Shown piece by piece: positions 40,676 to 48,766 of a stretch of 64,000 nucleotides of DNA. A program made the translations under genes and the position numbers. Location of the stretch: the NCBI GenBank assembly GCA_016711215.1, contig JADJTL010000001.1:531330-595329 (forward strand), written 5' to 3'. This stretch comes from Pseudomonadota bacterium (GTDB lineage: Bacteria; Myxococcota_A; Polyangia; GCA-2747355). The stretch's first letter is position 1. The number at the start of each line of letters is the position of its first letter. The notes under the pieces were generated by a model that was not told where the DNA came from, ran no database searches, and worked only from the letters and a program-made list of their open reading frames with translations.

Positions 40676-42175
40676 TTAGCGGTTGGCCTTGGCCGCGCGG
40701 GTATCGGCCCAGCGCTTGATGTCTTTGATGCGCTCCGCCATCGTCGTGGCCAGCGGCACCATCCGGCCAATCGAGCGGTAGAGGTCCTTCATCGACAGCT
40801 CGCGCTGCTCGTCGAAGGCCGTGAAGAGCGCCGAGAGCACCACCTGCTCGAGCTCGGCGCCGTTGAAGTTGACGGTCGACTTGGCCAGGCTGATCAGGTC
40901 GAACTCGGCGGGCTGCTTGCCGCGCTTGGTCAGGTGCACGCCGAGGATCTCGATTCGCTCCGGCTCACCGGGTAAGTCGACGAAGAAGATCTCGTCGAAG
41001 CGACCCTTGCGCAGCAGCTCGGGCGGCAGCTTGTCGATCTCGTTGGCGGTCGCGGCGACGAAGACCATCTGCTCTTTCTCCTGCATCCAGGTCAGGAAGG
41101 AGGAGAAGATGCGCGTGCTGAGGTTTCCCCCCTCGGTGCCGTGGGTGCCGACGAGCGCGGTCTCGATCTCGTCGATCCACAGCACGCAGGGCGCGATGGC
41201 CTCGGCGGTGCGGATGGCGCGCTCGAGCGTGCGCTCGGGCGTGCCAGCGACCGCGCCGTAGATCCGGTTCATGTCGAGCCGCACCAGCGGCATACGCCAG
41301 AAGCTGCTGACTGCCTGGACCGCCATCGACTTGCCGCAGCCGCTGATGCCGGTGACGAGCAGGCCCTTGGGCGCCTCGAGGCCGAAGGCGGCCGCCTCCC
41401 GGGTGAAGAAGCGCTGACGCTGCTGGAGCCACTCCTTCAGCGCCCGGAGGCCGCCGATGTCCTCGAGCCGGACGCGTGGCGGGACGTAGTCGAGGATCCC
41501 CTCCTTGCGCACCAGCTCGCGCTTCTCTTGATAGAGTTGCTCGATGATCTCCGCGCCGGCGCTGCGGCGACCGATCAAGAGCTTGGTGAAGGCCGCGCGC
41601 GCCTCGTCCTCCGTCAGGCCCAACGCACCGCGCAGCAGCGCGTCGCGCTGGTCGCCGAGGTCGATCGTGGTCTGCTTGGACTGCTCGCAGACCTCCTTGA
41701 AGATCTCGTCGAGCTCAGCGAGCGCCGGCAGCGGAAGCTCGACGACGGCGATCTCCTTGCGCAGCTCGGGGGGCACCGTGAGGTCCGGGCTGCAGAGAAA
41801 GACCGTCTTGTAGTTGCTGCGCAGCGCTCGGTAGGTGTCACGCAGTCGCCGCACGACCACCGGTTGGTCGTAGAAGCGGTGCAGATCACGGAAGAGAAAG
41901 AGCGCAGGTCGCGGGTGGGCGATGACCGTCTGCAGCGCCACCGTGGGGTCGCTGGTGCCGGGGATAGGATCCTCGCCGGCGGCGACCAGACCCTCGGTGA
42001 CGGACCAGGTGAAGAAGCCGATCGGCTGGGAGAAGGCACTACCGGCCAGCGCGGCGAGCAGGCGCTCGAGGCGGGTCTCCTCCCAGGTCTCGACGGCCAC
42101 CAGGGCGTAGCGCGCGGCGAGCAGGCGCCGGACCTGGTCGTCGAAGGCGGGGCGTGCGCTGTCGGAGGACCCCAT
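40676..42175 (-). CDS. Ycf46-like classical-clade AAA+ ATPase
   Basis: 499 aa. The N-terminal roughly 230-aa domain is unassigned. AAA core is GLLVTGISGCGKSMAV...PCVLWIDEIE...ATANEIDKLPPELLRKGRFDEIFFVDLP (Walker A/B, second region of homology). Confidence 0.85.
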   Translation of the reverse strand: MGSSDSARPAFDDQVRRLLAARYALVAVETWEETRLERLLAALAGSAFSQPIGFFTWSVTEGLVAAGEDPIPGTSDPTVALQTVIAHPRPALFLFRDLHRFYDQPVVVRRLRDTYRALRSNYKTVFLCSPDLTVPPELRKEIAVVELPLPALAELDEIFKEVCEQSKQTTIDLGDQRDALLRGALGLTEDEARAAFTKLLIGRRSAGAEIIEQLYQEKRELVRKEGILDYVPPRVRLEDIGGLRALKEWLQQRQRFFTREAAAFGLEAPKGLLVTGISGCGKSMAVQAVSSFWRMPLVRLDMNRIYGAVAGTPERTLERAIRTAEAIAPCVLWIDEIETALVGTHGTEGGNLSTRIFSSFLTWMQEKEQMVFVAATANEIDKLPPELLRKGRFDEIFFVDLPGEPERIEILGVHLTKRGKQPAEFDLISLAKSTVNFNGAELEQVVLSALFTAFDEQRELSMKDLYRSIGRMVPLATTMAERIKDIKRWADTRAAKANR

Positions 42176-42178
42176 CGA

Positions 42179-43003
42179 TCAAACGCAGAAGAGCGCGGGC
42201 AGGTTGCGTCGCTCCCAGGCACGGGCCAGCTCGTAGTGCGCGAAACGGCGCTCGTCGTCGGCGAAGGCCGGGCCGTGAAAGCAGCGCCGTCCGTTGCTGG
42301 TCGTCACCGGGTGCTGGGTGTGAAGCATCTCGTGGAAGACGACCCAGCGCAGATAGAAGTCCGGCACCCAGGACTGGTCCAGCCCAGGGTGAATGCGGAT
42401 CAGGTTATCCTCGTGCGTATAGGAGCCCAGGCGGATGCTGCGGCGGGCACGCGCGCGCGCTGCGTCACGGCCCCAGGTGATCGTGCAGCTCAACGCCGCG
42501 TCGAAGTACTCGCGGTTGAGGTCAGCGAAGATCAACGCCAGGTCATGGACGGCGCCGGAGGTCCGCGGGGCAGAGCGCCGCTCGCCCCGGCGCCGGGGTA
42601 GGCGGTGTTCGTTCTCCTCGATGAAGCGGCTGAGGGCACGCGAGGCGCTGCGGTCGTTGTCGGTGACGTAGGCGGCCAGCGCATGGATCGTCGTTGTCGG
42701 CGCGTCGGTGAAGATGTGGTGCGCGCGCAGGCTGTAGCGGCGGTGGCGCGGATCGCGCTTGACCGAGAGCATGACGCGGCGGTTGTCGGTGACCAGCACG
42801 TCGACCTGCCCCGCCAAGTGCACCGAGAGCCGCTGGCGCAGCTCGACGGCCTGTTGGGCACGCACGGCCGGGCTGAGCGGCAGGCGCGAGACGGGGGCGA
42901 CCGGTGGATCCGTGCGCGGATCCCAGGTGGTGACCACCGCCGTGTTGGGGCGCGCGGGGCGTAAGGAAGCGAGGGCGGCCGAAAGCGGATTGCTCGGAGC
43001 CAT
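42179..43003 (-). CDS. HExxH zinc-metallopeptidase-like protein (SprT / YgjP-DUF45 style)
   Basis: C-terminal IRLGSYTHEDNLIRIHPGL...WVVFHEMLHTQH...GPAF pattern. Stops 3 nt before the AAA+ start codon. Confidence 0.65.
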   Translation of the reverse strand: MAPSNPLSAALASLRPARPNTAVVTTWDPRTDPPVAPVSRLPLSPAVRAQQAVELRQRLSVHLAGQVDVLVTDNRRVMLSVKRDPRHRRYSLRAHHIFTDAPTTTIHALAAYVTDNDRSASRALSRFIEENEHRLPRRRGERRSAPRTSGAVHDLALIFADLNREYFDAALSCTITWGRDAARARARRSIRLGSYTHEDNLIRIHPGLDQSWVPDFYLRWVVFHEMLHTQHPVTTSNGRRCFHGPAFADDERRFAHYELARAWERRNLPALFCV

Positions 43004-43088
43004 GGCCCATCCGATAGCGCGCCTGAGTCCCCAAGCGCCTGAGAACGTGAGGTAAAGCCGGATCGCAAGGATCCAGCGAGCGATCAGG

Positions 43089-43118
43089 AGTATACGCGGC
43101 GGGATCGGGGCCGATCAA
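43089..43118 (-). promoter_or_regulatory. candidate sigma-70-type promoter of the HExxH/AAA+ operon
   Basis: On the minus strand, TTGATC (43118-43113), an 18-nt spacer, then TATACT (43094-43089), about 85 nt upstream of the ATG at 43003. Overlaps the queG stop codon. Motif match only. Confidence 0.3.
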
Positions 43119-44335
43119 CTTTCCGCGGAGGAGGGCGCCGATCCAGGTGGGATCATTGACGGGTCGCCGGATCGGGCCGCGCCGTGCTCAGCCGATTCGT
43201 GCGGGATCGTCAGCCCCGCCGCGGCGATCCCTGAGGCTGGATCCAGGGCCGATCGGAGGCCGGCCTCCGATCGCGCGCGGAGCGCCCAGGCTGCTGCCTC
43301 GCGCGGCAGCGCAGCGCCCTCGCCTTGGCAGAGCGCCGTCAGCGCGGCATCGACGCCCGCGCTCCTTGTCGGATGATTCCCGGCGTTGAGGGCGGCATTG
43401 CGCTGGAGGCTGCGGCGTGGGGCCCGCGCGAGCGCGCGCCCGGCGACGAGGCGGCGATAACCGCTGCTGGTGAGCGCCAGGGTCGCGGCGAGATCGAGGG
43501 TAGCCAAGGGAGCCACGGGCGCGAGGTCAGGATCGGCCGTCCGCGCGCGGCTGCGCGCCGTCGGGCGGTTATAGGGGCAGACCTCCTGGCAGATGTCGCA
43601 GCCAAAGGCCCAGGTGCCGAGCGCGCGCCGCAGTGCCGGATCGATCGGCTCGCGCTGCTCGATCGTCAGGTGGGCGATGCAGCGGCGAGCGTCGAGCTGG
43701 AAGGGCGCGACGAGCGCGGCCGTCGGGCAGGCGCGCAGGCAGAGCGTGCAGCGGCCGCAGCGCGGGGTGCCGGGCGCGTCCGGCACGAGCTCCAGTGAGG
43801 TCAGTAGCACGCCGAGGACCGTGAACGATCCGACGCCCGGCGCGATCAGCAGCGTGTTCTTGCCGATGAAGCCGAGGCCGGCCGCCATCGCCAGCTCGCG
43901 TTCGAGCAGCGGGGCCGTGTCCACCGCCGCGCGCAGCTCGGCGCTCGCGTCGACGTGCGCGTGCACCCAAGCGGCGAGGCGCGCGAGGCGTCGCCTCAGG
44001 ACTCGGTGGTAGTCCTCGCCGTGGGCGAAGCGGGCGACGGCCCCCTGGGGCCGGCCCTCGCTTAGCCGTGGCGGGTCGGCGCGGCTGTAGCTCGCCGCGA
44101 CCACGATCGCCGAGCGCGCAGCGGGCAGCAGCGCGCGTGGCTCGGCCCGCTGCGCCCGCGTGCGCTGGAGGTAGAGCATCGAGCCCGCCATCCCGGCGTC
44201 GAGCCAGCGTTGAAACTCGGCATCGTGGGGCAGACGGTCGACACCGGTGAAGCCACAGGCGCTGAAGCCGAGGCCCAGGGCCTGCGCGCGGAGGCGCTCT
44301 TCGATCGTGCTGGCAGCGCTGGTTTCGGGCTTCAT
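43115..44335 (-). CDS. queG: epoxyqueuosine reductase
   Basis: ORF 43115-45808(-) trimmed to MKPETSAAS... at 44335. Two 4Fe-4S motifs (CGRCTLCLRACP, CDICQEVCPYN) and a QueG-like N-terminal half (FSACGF...LYLQRT). Confidence 0.85.
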   Translation of the reverse strand: MKPETSAASTIEERLRAQALGLGFSACGFTGVDRLPHDAEFQRWLDAGMAGSMLYLQRTRAQRAEPRALLPAARSAIVVAASYSRADPPRLSEGRPQGAVARFAHGEDYHRVLRRRLARLAAWVHAHVDASAELRAAVDTAPLLERELAMAAGLGFIGKNTLLIAPGVGSFTVLGVLLTSLELVPDAPGTPRCGRCTLCLRACPTAALVAPFQLDARRCIAHLTIEQREPIDPALRRALGTWAFGCDICQEVCPYNRPTARSRARTADPDLAPVAPLATLDLAATLALTSSGYRRLVAGRALARAPRRSLQRNAALNAGNHPTRSAGVDAALTALCQGEGAALPREAAAWALRARSEAGLRSALDPASGIAAAGLTIPHESAEHGAARSGDPSMIPPGSAPSSAES

Positions 44336-44668
44336 CGCTCGCGGGACCCCGCCGGAAGAGCGCCTCGCGGACGCCTCGGACCGCGCCGCACAGGGCCCCG
44401 CTGTCGACCGCGAGCGCGACGCCGACCCTGGCCCCGAGCGCGAGCGCGACCGCGGCCCCGACCGCGCGAAAAAGGGCGTCGTCCGGCGTGGCCGCAGGCC
44501 GCCTTGTTCATGTGCCGCCACATGGTACTTGCGTGCGCTCGCGATGTGAAGCAGGGTCCCCTCGACGGAGACGGGAGAGCAGGCCATAGTTCGGTCTGCA
44601 TCGTGCAATTTAAGCCACCGGGTGGGGGCTGATCCACCGCGCGGTGCGCAGCGCCAGGAGTCGGGGAG

Positions 44669-45556
44669 ATGGAGATCGCGAAGTCGACGTTTCGCACCAA
44701 GGTGGGTCTCGCCGAGATGCTCAAGGGCGGCGTGATCATGGATGTCGTCAACGCCGAGCAGGCCCGTCTGGCGGAGGACGCTGGCGCCGCTGCGGTGATG
44801 GCGCTCGAGCGGGTGCCGGCGCAGATCCGTAAGGATGGTGGCGTGGCGCGCGCGAGCGATCCGGCGATGATCAAGGCGATTCAGGAGGCCGTGAGCATTC
44901 CCGTGATGGCCAAATGCCGCATTGGCCACTTCATGGAGGCACGCATCCTCGAGGCGCTCGAGGTCGACTTCATCGACGAGAGCGAGGTCCTGACGCCCGC
45001 GGACGAGCAGTATCACATCGACAAACAGGAGTTTAAGGTCCCCTTCGTCTGCGGCTGCCGCGACCTGGGCGAGGCGCTGCGTCGCATCGGCGAGGGCGCG
45101 GCGATGATCCGCACGAAGGGCGAGGCCGGCACGGGCAATATCGTCGAGGCCGTGCGGCACCTGCGATCCGTGCGCGATCAGGTCCGTGAGCTGACGATCC
45201 TCGGCCCCGAACAGCTGATGGATCGCGCCAAGCAGCTCGGAGCGCCCTACGATCTCGTGCGCTTCGTCGCCAGCGAGGGTCGCCTGCCGGTGCCCAATTT
45301 CGCGGCGGGCGGGGTGGCCACGCCGGCCGACGCGGCGCTCTGCATGGCCCTCGGGGCCGAGGCGGTCTTCGTCGGCAGCGGGATCTTCCTCAGCGAAGAT
45401 CCCGCTCGGCGGGCGCGGGCCGTGGTCGAGGCAGTGACGCATTGGGAGGACGCCGGGAGGCTGGCCGAGATCAGCGCGGGATTGGGCAGCGCGATGCCGG
45501 GGATCGAGCTCGAGACGCTGGGCGCGGAGCAGCGTCTGGCGCGGCGAGGCTGGTAA
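44669..45556 (+). CDS. pdxS: pyridoxal 5'-phosphate synthase lyase subunit
   Basis: [39 protein letters not shown]... is essentially invariant PdxS sequence. Confidence 0.95.
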   Translation: MEIAKSTFRTKVGLAEMLKGGVIMDVVNAEQARLAEDAGAAAVMALERVPAQIRKDGGVARASDPAMIKAIQEAVSIPVMAKCRIGHFMEARILEALEVDFIDESEVLTPADEQYHIDKQEFKVPFVCGCRDLGEALRRIGEGAAMIRTKGEAGTGNIVEAVRHLRSVRDQVRELTILGPEQLMDRAKQLGAPYDLVRFVASEGRLPVPNFAAGGVATPADAALCMALGAEAVFVGSGIFLSEDPARRARAVVEAVTHWEDAGRLAEISAGLGSAMPGIELETLGAEQRLARRGW

Positions 45557-45560
45557 GCCG

Positions 45561-46166
45561 ATGGCAAGGATCGGCGTGCTCGCGCTGCAGGGTGGTTTCG
45601 CGGCGCATGCGCCTAGCCTGGCGGCGCTTGGGCACGTCTGTGTCGAGGTCCGGCGGCCGGCGCAGCTCGCGCGCCTCGAGGGCCTGATCCTTCCGGGCGG
45701 CGAGAGCACCACGCAGCTCAAGTTGATCGCGAGCTCCGGGCTGCTTCCCGGGTTATGCGAGCTGGTCAGCGCGGGCGCTCCGGTCCTCGCGACCTGCGCG
45801 GGCCTCATCCTCGCCGCGCGCGAGGTTCAGGCGCCGCAGCAGGAGAGCTTCGGTTGGCTCGATCTCACCCTTCGGCGCAACGCGCACGGTCGACAGCTCG
45901 ACAGCTTCGAGGGTCGCTCCGATCGGGGGCTGCCGCTGATGTTCATTCGCGCGCCGCGCATCGTCGCGTACGGAGCGGCGGTCGAGGTGCTGGATACCCT
46001 CGAGGGCGACGCGATCCTCGTGCGCCAGGGACGGATCATCGGCGCATGCTTCCACCCGGAGCTGACCGCCTCCGTCGCCGTGCACGAGCTTGCCTTTGGC
46101 GCGGCTGCGGGTGTCGGGGCCAGTGACGGGGTCGTTGGGCTGCGCCTGGTGGCCGAGGCGGGTTGA
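45561..46166 (+). CDS. pdxT: pyridoxal 5'-phosphate synthase glutaminase subunit
   Basis: IGVLALQGGFAAH, LILPGGESTT, catalytic TCAGLI and FHPEL motifs. Confidence 0.9.
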   Translation: MARIGVLALQGGFAAHAPSLAALGHVCVEVRRPAQLARLEGLILPGGESTTQLKLIASSGLLPGLCELVSAGAPVLATCAGLILAAREVQAPQQESFGWLDLTLRRNAHGRQLDSFEGRSDRGLPLMFIRAPRIVAYGAAVEVLDTLEGDAILVRQGRIIGACFHPELTASVAVHELAFGAAAGVGASDGVVGLRLVAEAG

Positions 46167-47719
46167 GCATGGCTGCTGTACAGCTGGTCCTGGTCGGGTT
46201 CGCGCTCTGCTCGGGCGCTGGGCTGGGTTTTGCGCTCGTGCGGCGGCGCGCCTGGGCGCGTCTCGCCGAGACCGAGGCCCGCGGGCGCGCCATCGTCGAG
46301 GAGGCGCAGCGCGCGGCGGCCTTGTCCGCCCGCGAGAGCGCGGCGACCGTACGGGAGAGCACGCTCGAGCTCGAGCGCAGCGCGCTCGCTGAGGCGGCGA
46401 CCTACCGTCAGGACTGCGAGCTGATCGACGATCGGTTGCACAAGCGGGAGCTGCGAACAGAGCGGCGCCGGGACGCGCTTCGGCTCCAGCAGGACGCGCT
46501 GCGGGCCCGCGACGCGGCGGTGGCCGCGCGCGACGCGGAGCTGCGGCGCTGCCGAGCCCAGGCGCGTGAGCTCGAGGCCAGCCAGGCAGGCGTCCTCGAG
46601 CGCCAGGCGGGTGAGACCCGGGCTTTCCTGCGCGGAAAGATCGTCGACGCTCTGGCCGAGGAGGCCCGTTCGCGCTGCGCGGACCGACTGCGCAATCTCG
46701 ACGCTGGCCAAAGCGCCGAGCTGACGCGCCAGGCCCAGCGGTTGATGGGCATCGTCACCCAACGCTACGTCGGCTATTACCCGCGCGAGCGCGGCTCGGC
46801 GACGATCGCGCTGGCGGAGGGGGAAGCCGTCAAGCTCGGTGGCGCGGACGGCGCCGCGCTGCAGGCGCTGCGCGCCGTCGCGGGCATCGAGCTCTTGATG
46901 TCCGACAGCGCTGACGCGCTGCGCATGGATACCGGCGACGGCTTCGTGCGAGAGCTATGCCGGCGGTCGGTCGCGCGCCTGCTCGCGGAAGACACGGTGC
47001 GCGATCCGCAGCGCTTGGTCGAAGCGATCAAGCGCGAGCTCGAGCGCGAGGTGGCGGAGTACGGAACGCAGGCCTTTCGTGCGCTCGGCCTGCGCCCGGC
47101 GGCCGCGGAGATCGTCGAGCTGGTCGGCAGGCTGCAGTGGCGCACGAGCTACACGCAGAACCAATACCGCCACTCGATCGAGGCCGCGCATCTCGCCGGC
47201 ATGATCGCGGCGGAGCTGGGGTTGGACGTGGCGCTCGCACGACGGGCCACGCTGCTACACGACGTGGGTAAGTCGCTGACGCCGCTCATCGAGGGCTCGC
47301 ACGCGCTGATCGGGGCCGCGATCGCGCGGCGCTGCGGTGAGCCGGAGGCGGTGGCGAACGCGATCGGCGCGCACCATGGTGAGGAGCCGATGGGCTCGCC
47401 CTATGCCTGGCTGGCGACGGCTGCCGACGCGATGAGCGGCGGGCGCCCGGGGGCGCGGCGCGAGGTGGTGGAGAGCTATGACGAGCGCATCGGTGATCTG
47501 GAGCAGATCGCCGCCAGCTTCAAAGGGGTGCAGTTCGTGCACGCCGTGCAGGCGGGGCGCGAGTTGCGCGTCCACGTCGAGGAGCAGCGCGTCGGCGACG
47601 CGGACCTGCCGAACCTCTGTCAGGCGATCGCGCAGAAGATCTCGGATGAGGTGGTCTTCCCCGGCCAGATTCGCGTCACGGTGATCCGCGAGTTCCGCGC
47701 GGTTGCCGAGGCTCGCTGA
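46163..47719 (+). CDS. rny: ribonuclease Y
   Basis: N-terminal TM, long coiled-coil, KH region and an HD domain (LLHDVGKS...GAHHGE). C-terminal VTVIREFRAVAEAR. Confidence 0.9.
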   Translation: MSMAAVQLVLVGFALCSGAGLGFALVRRRAWARLAETEARGRAIVEEAQRAAALSARESAATVRESTLELERSALAEAATYRQDCELIDDRLHKRELRTERRRDALRLQQDALRARDAAVAARDAELRRCRAQARELEASQAGVLERQAGETRAFLRGKIVDALAEEARSRCADRLRNLDAGQSAELTRQAQRLMGIVTQRYVGYYPRERGSATIALAEGEAVKLGGADGAALQALRAVAGIELLMSDSADALRMDTGDGFVRELCRRSVARLLAEDTVRDPQRLVEAIKRELEREVAEYGTQAFRALGLRPAAAEIVELVGRLQWRTSYTQNQYRHSIEAAHLAGMIAAELGLDVALARRATLLHDVGKSLTPLIEGSHALIGAAIARRCGEPEAVANAIGAHHGEEPMGSPYAWLATAADAMSGGRPGARREVVESYDERIGDLEQIAASFKGVQFVHAVQAGRELRVHVEEQRVGDADLPNLCQAIAQKISDEVVFPGQIRVTVIREFRAVAEAR

Positions 47720-47801
47720 CGAAGCGCGGGGACCTCGGTTGAGGCCGAGAGCGTGTGCGGGCCGCCGTCCGAGTGGCCCGGCGAGGCCGAGCTGCTATCG
47801 T

Positions 47802-47823
47802 AGGCGCGTGGCGCTGCCTTTTT
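47802..47823 (+). terminator. possible intrinsic terminator after rny
   Basis: Imperfect hairpin AGGCGCG-tgg-CGC(t)GCCT followed by TTTTT. Confidence 0.35.
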
Positions 47824-47852
47824 GGTCTGGCGGCGCAGCGGAGGGATGAATC

Positions 47853-48179
47853 ATGGCAATCCAGGTCTCCGAGGCCGCGCGGCAGCGGCTGCTCGAGCTC
47901 TTCGCCAAACATCCGGAGGCGAAGGCCCTGCGCATCGGCGTGCGTGGCGGCGGCTGTTCCGGCTTCTCCTATCAGTTCGAGCTCGAGAGCGCGGAGGCGC
48001 AGGAGCAGGACAAGGTCTTCGACTTCGGCGAAGTGCGCCTCTACGTCGACAACAAGTCTTATTTCTACCTCAACGGCTCCGAGCTCGACTTCGTCGATGA
48101 GCTGATGGGCCGCCGTTTCCAATTTAAGAATCCGAACGTCAAGTCGACCTGCGGCTGCGGCGACAGCATTTCGTTCTAG
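47853..48179 (+). CDS. erpA: iron-sulfur cluster insertion protein (HesB/IscA/ErpA family)
   Basis: LRIGVRGGGCSGFSY...CGCGDSISF with three conserved Cys. 108 aa. Confidence 0.9.
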   Translation: MAIQVSEAARQRLLELFAKHPEAKALRIGVRGGGCSGFSYQFELESAEAQEQDKVFDFGEVRLYVDNKSYFYLNGSELDFVDELMGRRFQFKNPNVKSTCGCGDSISF

Positions 48180-48487
48180 CTGCCTTCCTTCGCGCTTCTC
48201 GCGCCGGGCAACGGGCAGACCTTGGCCTCCGCGACGGCGGGTAGGATGGCGCTCCGTCAGCTCGGGCGCGTCAAGCCCAACACCTCGTTATTGCTGGCGT
48301 TCGCAGCCTCGGCTGGTGCAGATTTCGTCTTGACAGTGGAACGCGAGCGGAGCGAGGCTAGCCGCGCGCAAGGTAGCATCCGCGCGTTGATTCTCGGTGA
48401 GACGAAGCGGTGTCTCTGCGATGAGGCTGCTTCAGAGGGGACGACTCGGCCGCTGCTGAGCGGTGCCGAGGAGAGGAAGTCGGAGCG

Positions 48488-48691
48488 ATGCAGCAGGGGA
48501 CAGTCAAGTGGTTCAATAACGCCAAGGGCTTCGGTTTCATCCTGCCGGAGGGCAGCGATTCAGACGTCTTCGTGCATTACTCGGTAATCGAAGGTGAGGG
48601 CTTTCGTACGCTCAAGCAGGGCGAGAAGGTGATCTTCGACATCGAGGCTGGCCCCAAAGGAATGCACGCCCGTAGCGTCAAGAAGTCGTAG
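48488..48691 (+). CDS. cspA: cold-shock protein (CSD)
   Basis: [18 protein letters not shown]...DVFVHYS contains the RNP1/RNP2 motifs. About 300 nt of upstream non-coding leader. Confidence 0.95.
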   Translation: MQQGTVKWFNNAKGFGFILPEGSDSDVFVHYSVIEGEGFRTLKQGEKVIFDIEAGPKGMHARSVKKS

Positions 48692-48740
48692 TCCAACGCT
48701 GGCGCGCGCCCTGCTCCGCGACGCGGCTCGCACGATCGGT

Positions 48741-48766
48741 GGTTCGTGGCGCTGGTTCGTGGCGCT
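48741..48766 (+). repeat. 13-bp perfect tandem duplication (ggttcgtggcgct x2) spanning the predicted start codon of the next gene
   Basis: Two identical adjacent units. Each carries a GTG, and only the second (48759) is in frame with the long ORF. Confidence 0.9.

Noticed and set aside
44247-44549. 100-aa plus-strand ORF (…DRERDADPGPERERDRGPDR…) in the queG/pdxS spacer
   Set aside because: Its low-complexity charged repeats come from degenerate GC-rich DNA repeats. It overlaps the queG 5' end antisense and has no start context or motif.
44336-45808. Upstream 490 codons of the 897-aa minus-strand ORF 43115-45808
   Set aside because: Only the last 407 codons (from MKPETSAAS) are QueG-like. 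The extension is antisense to the near-invariant pdxS/pdxT genes and is low-complexity.
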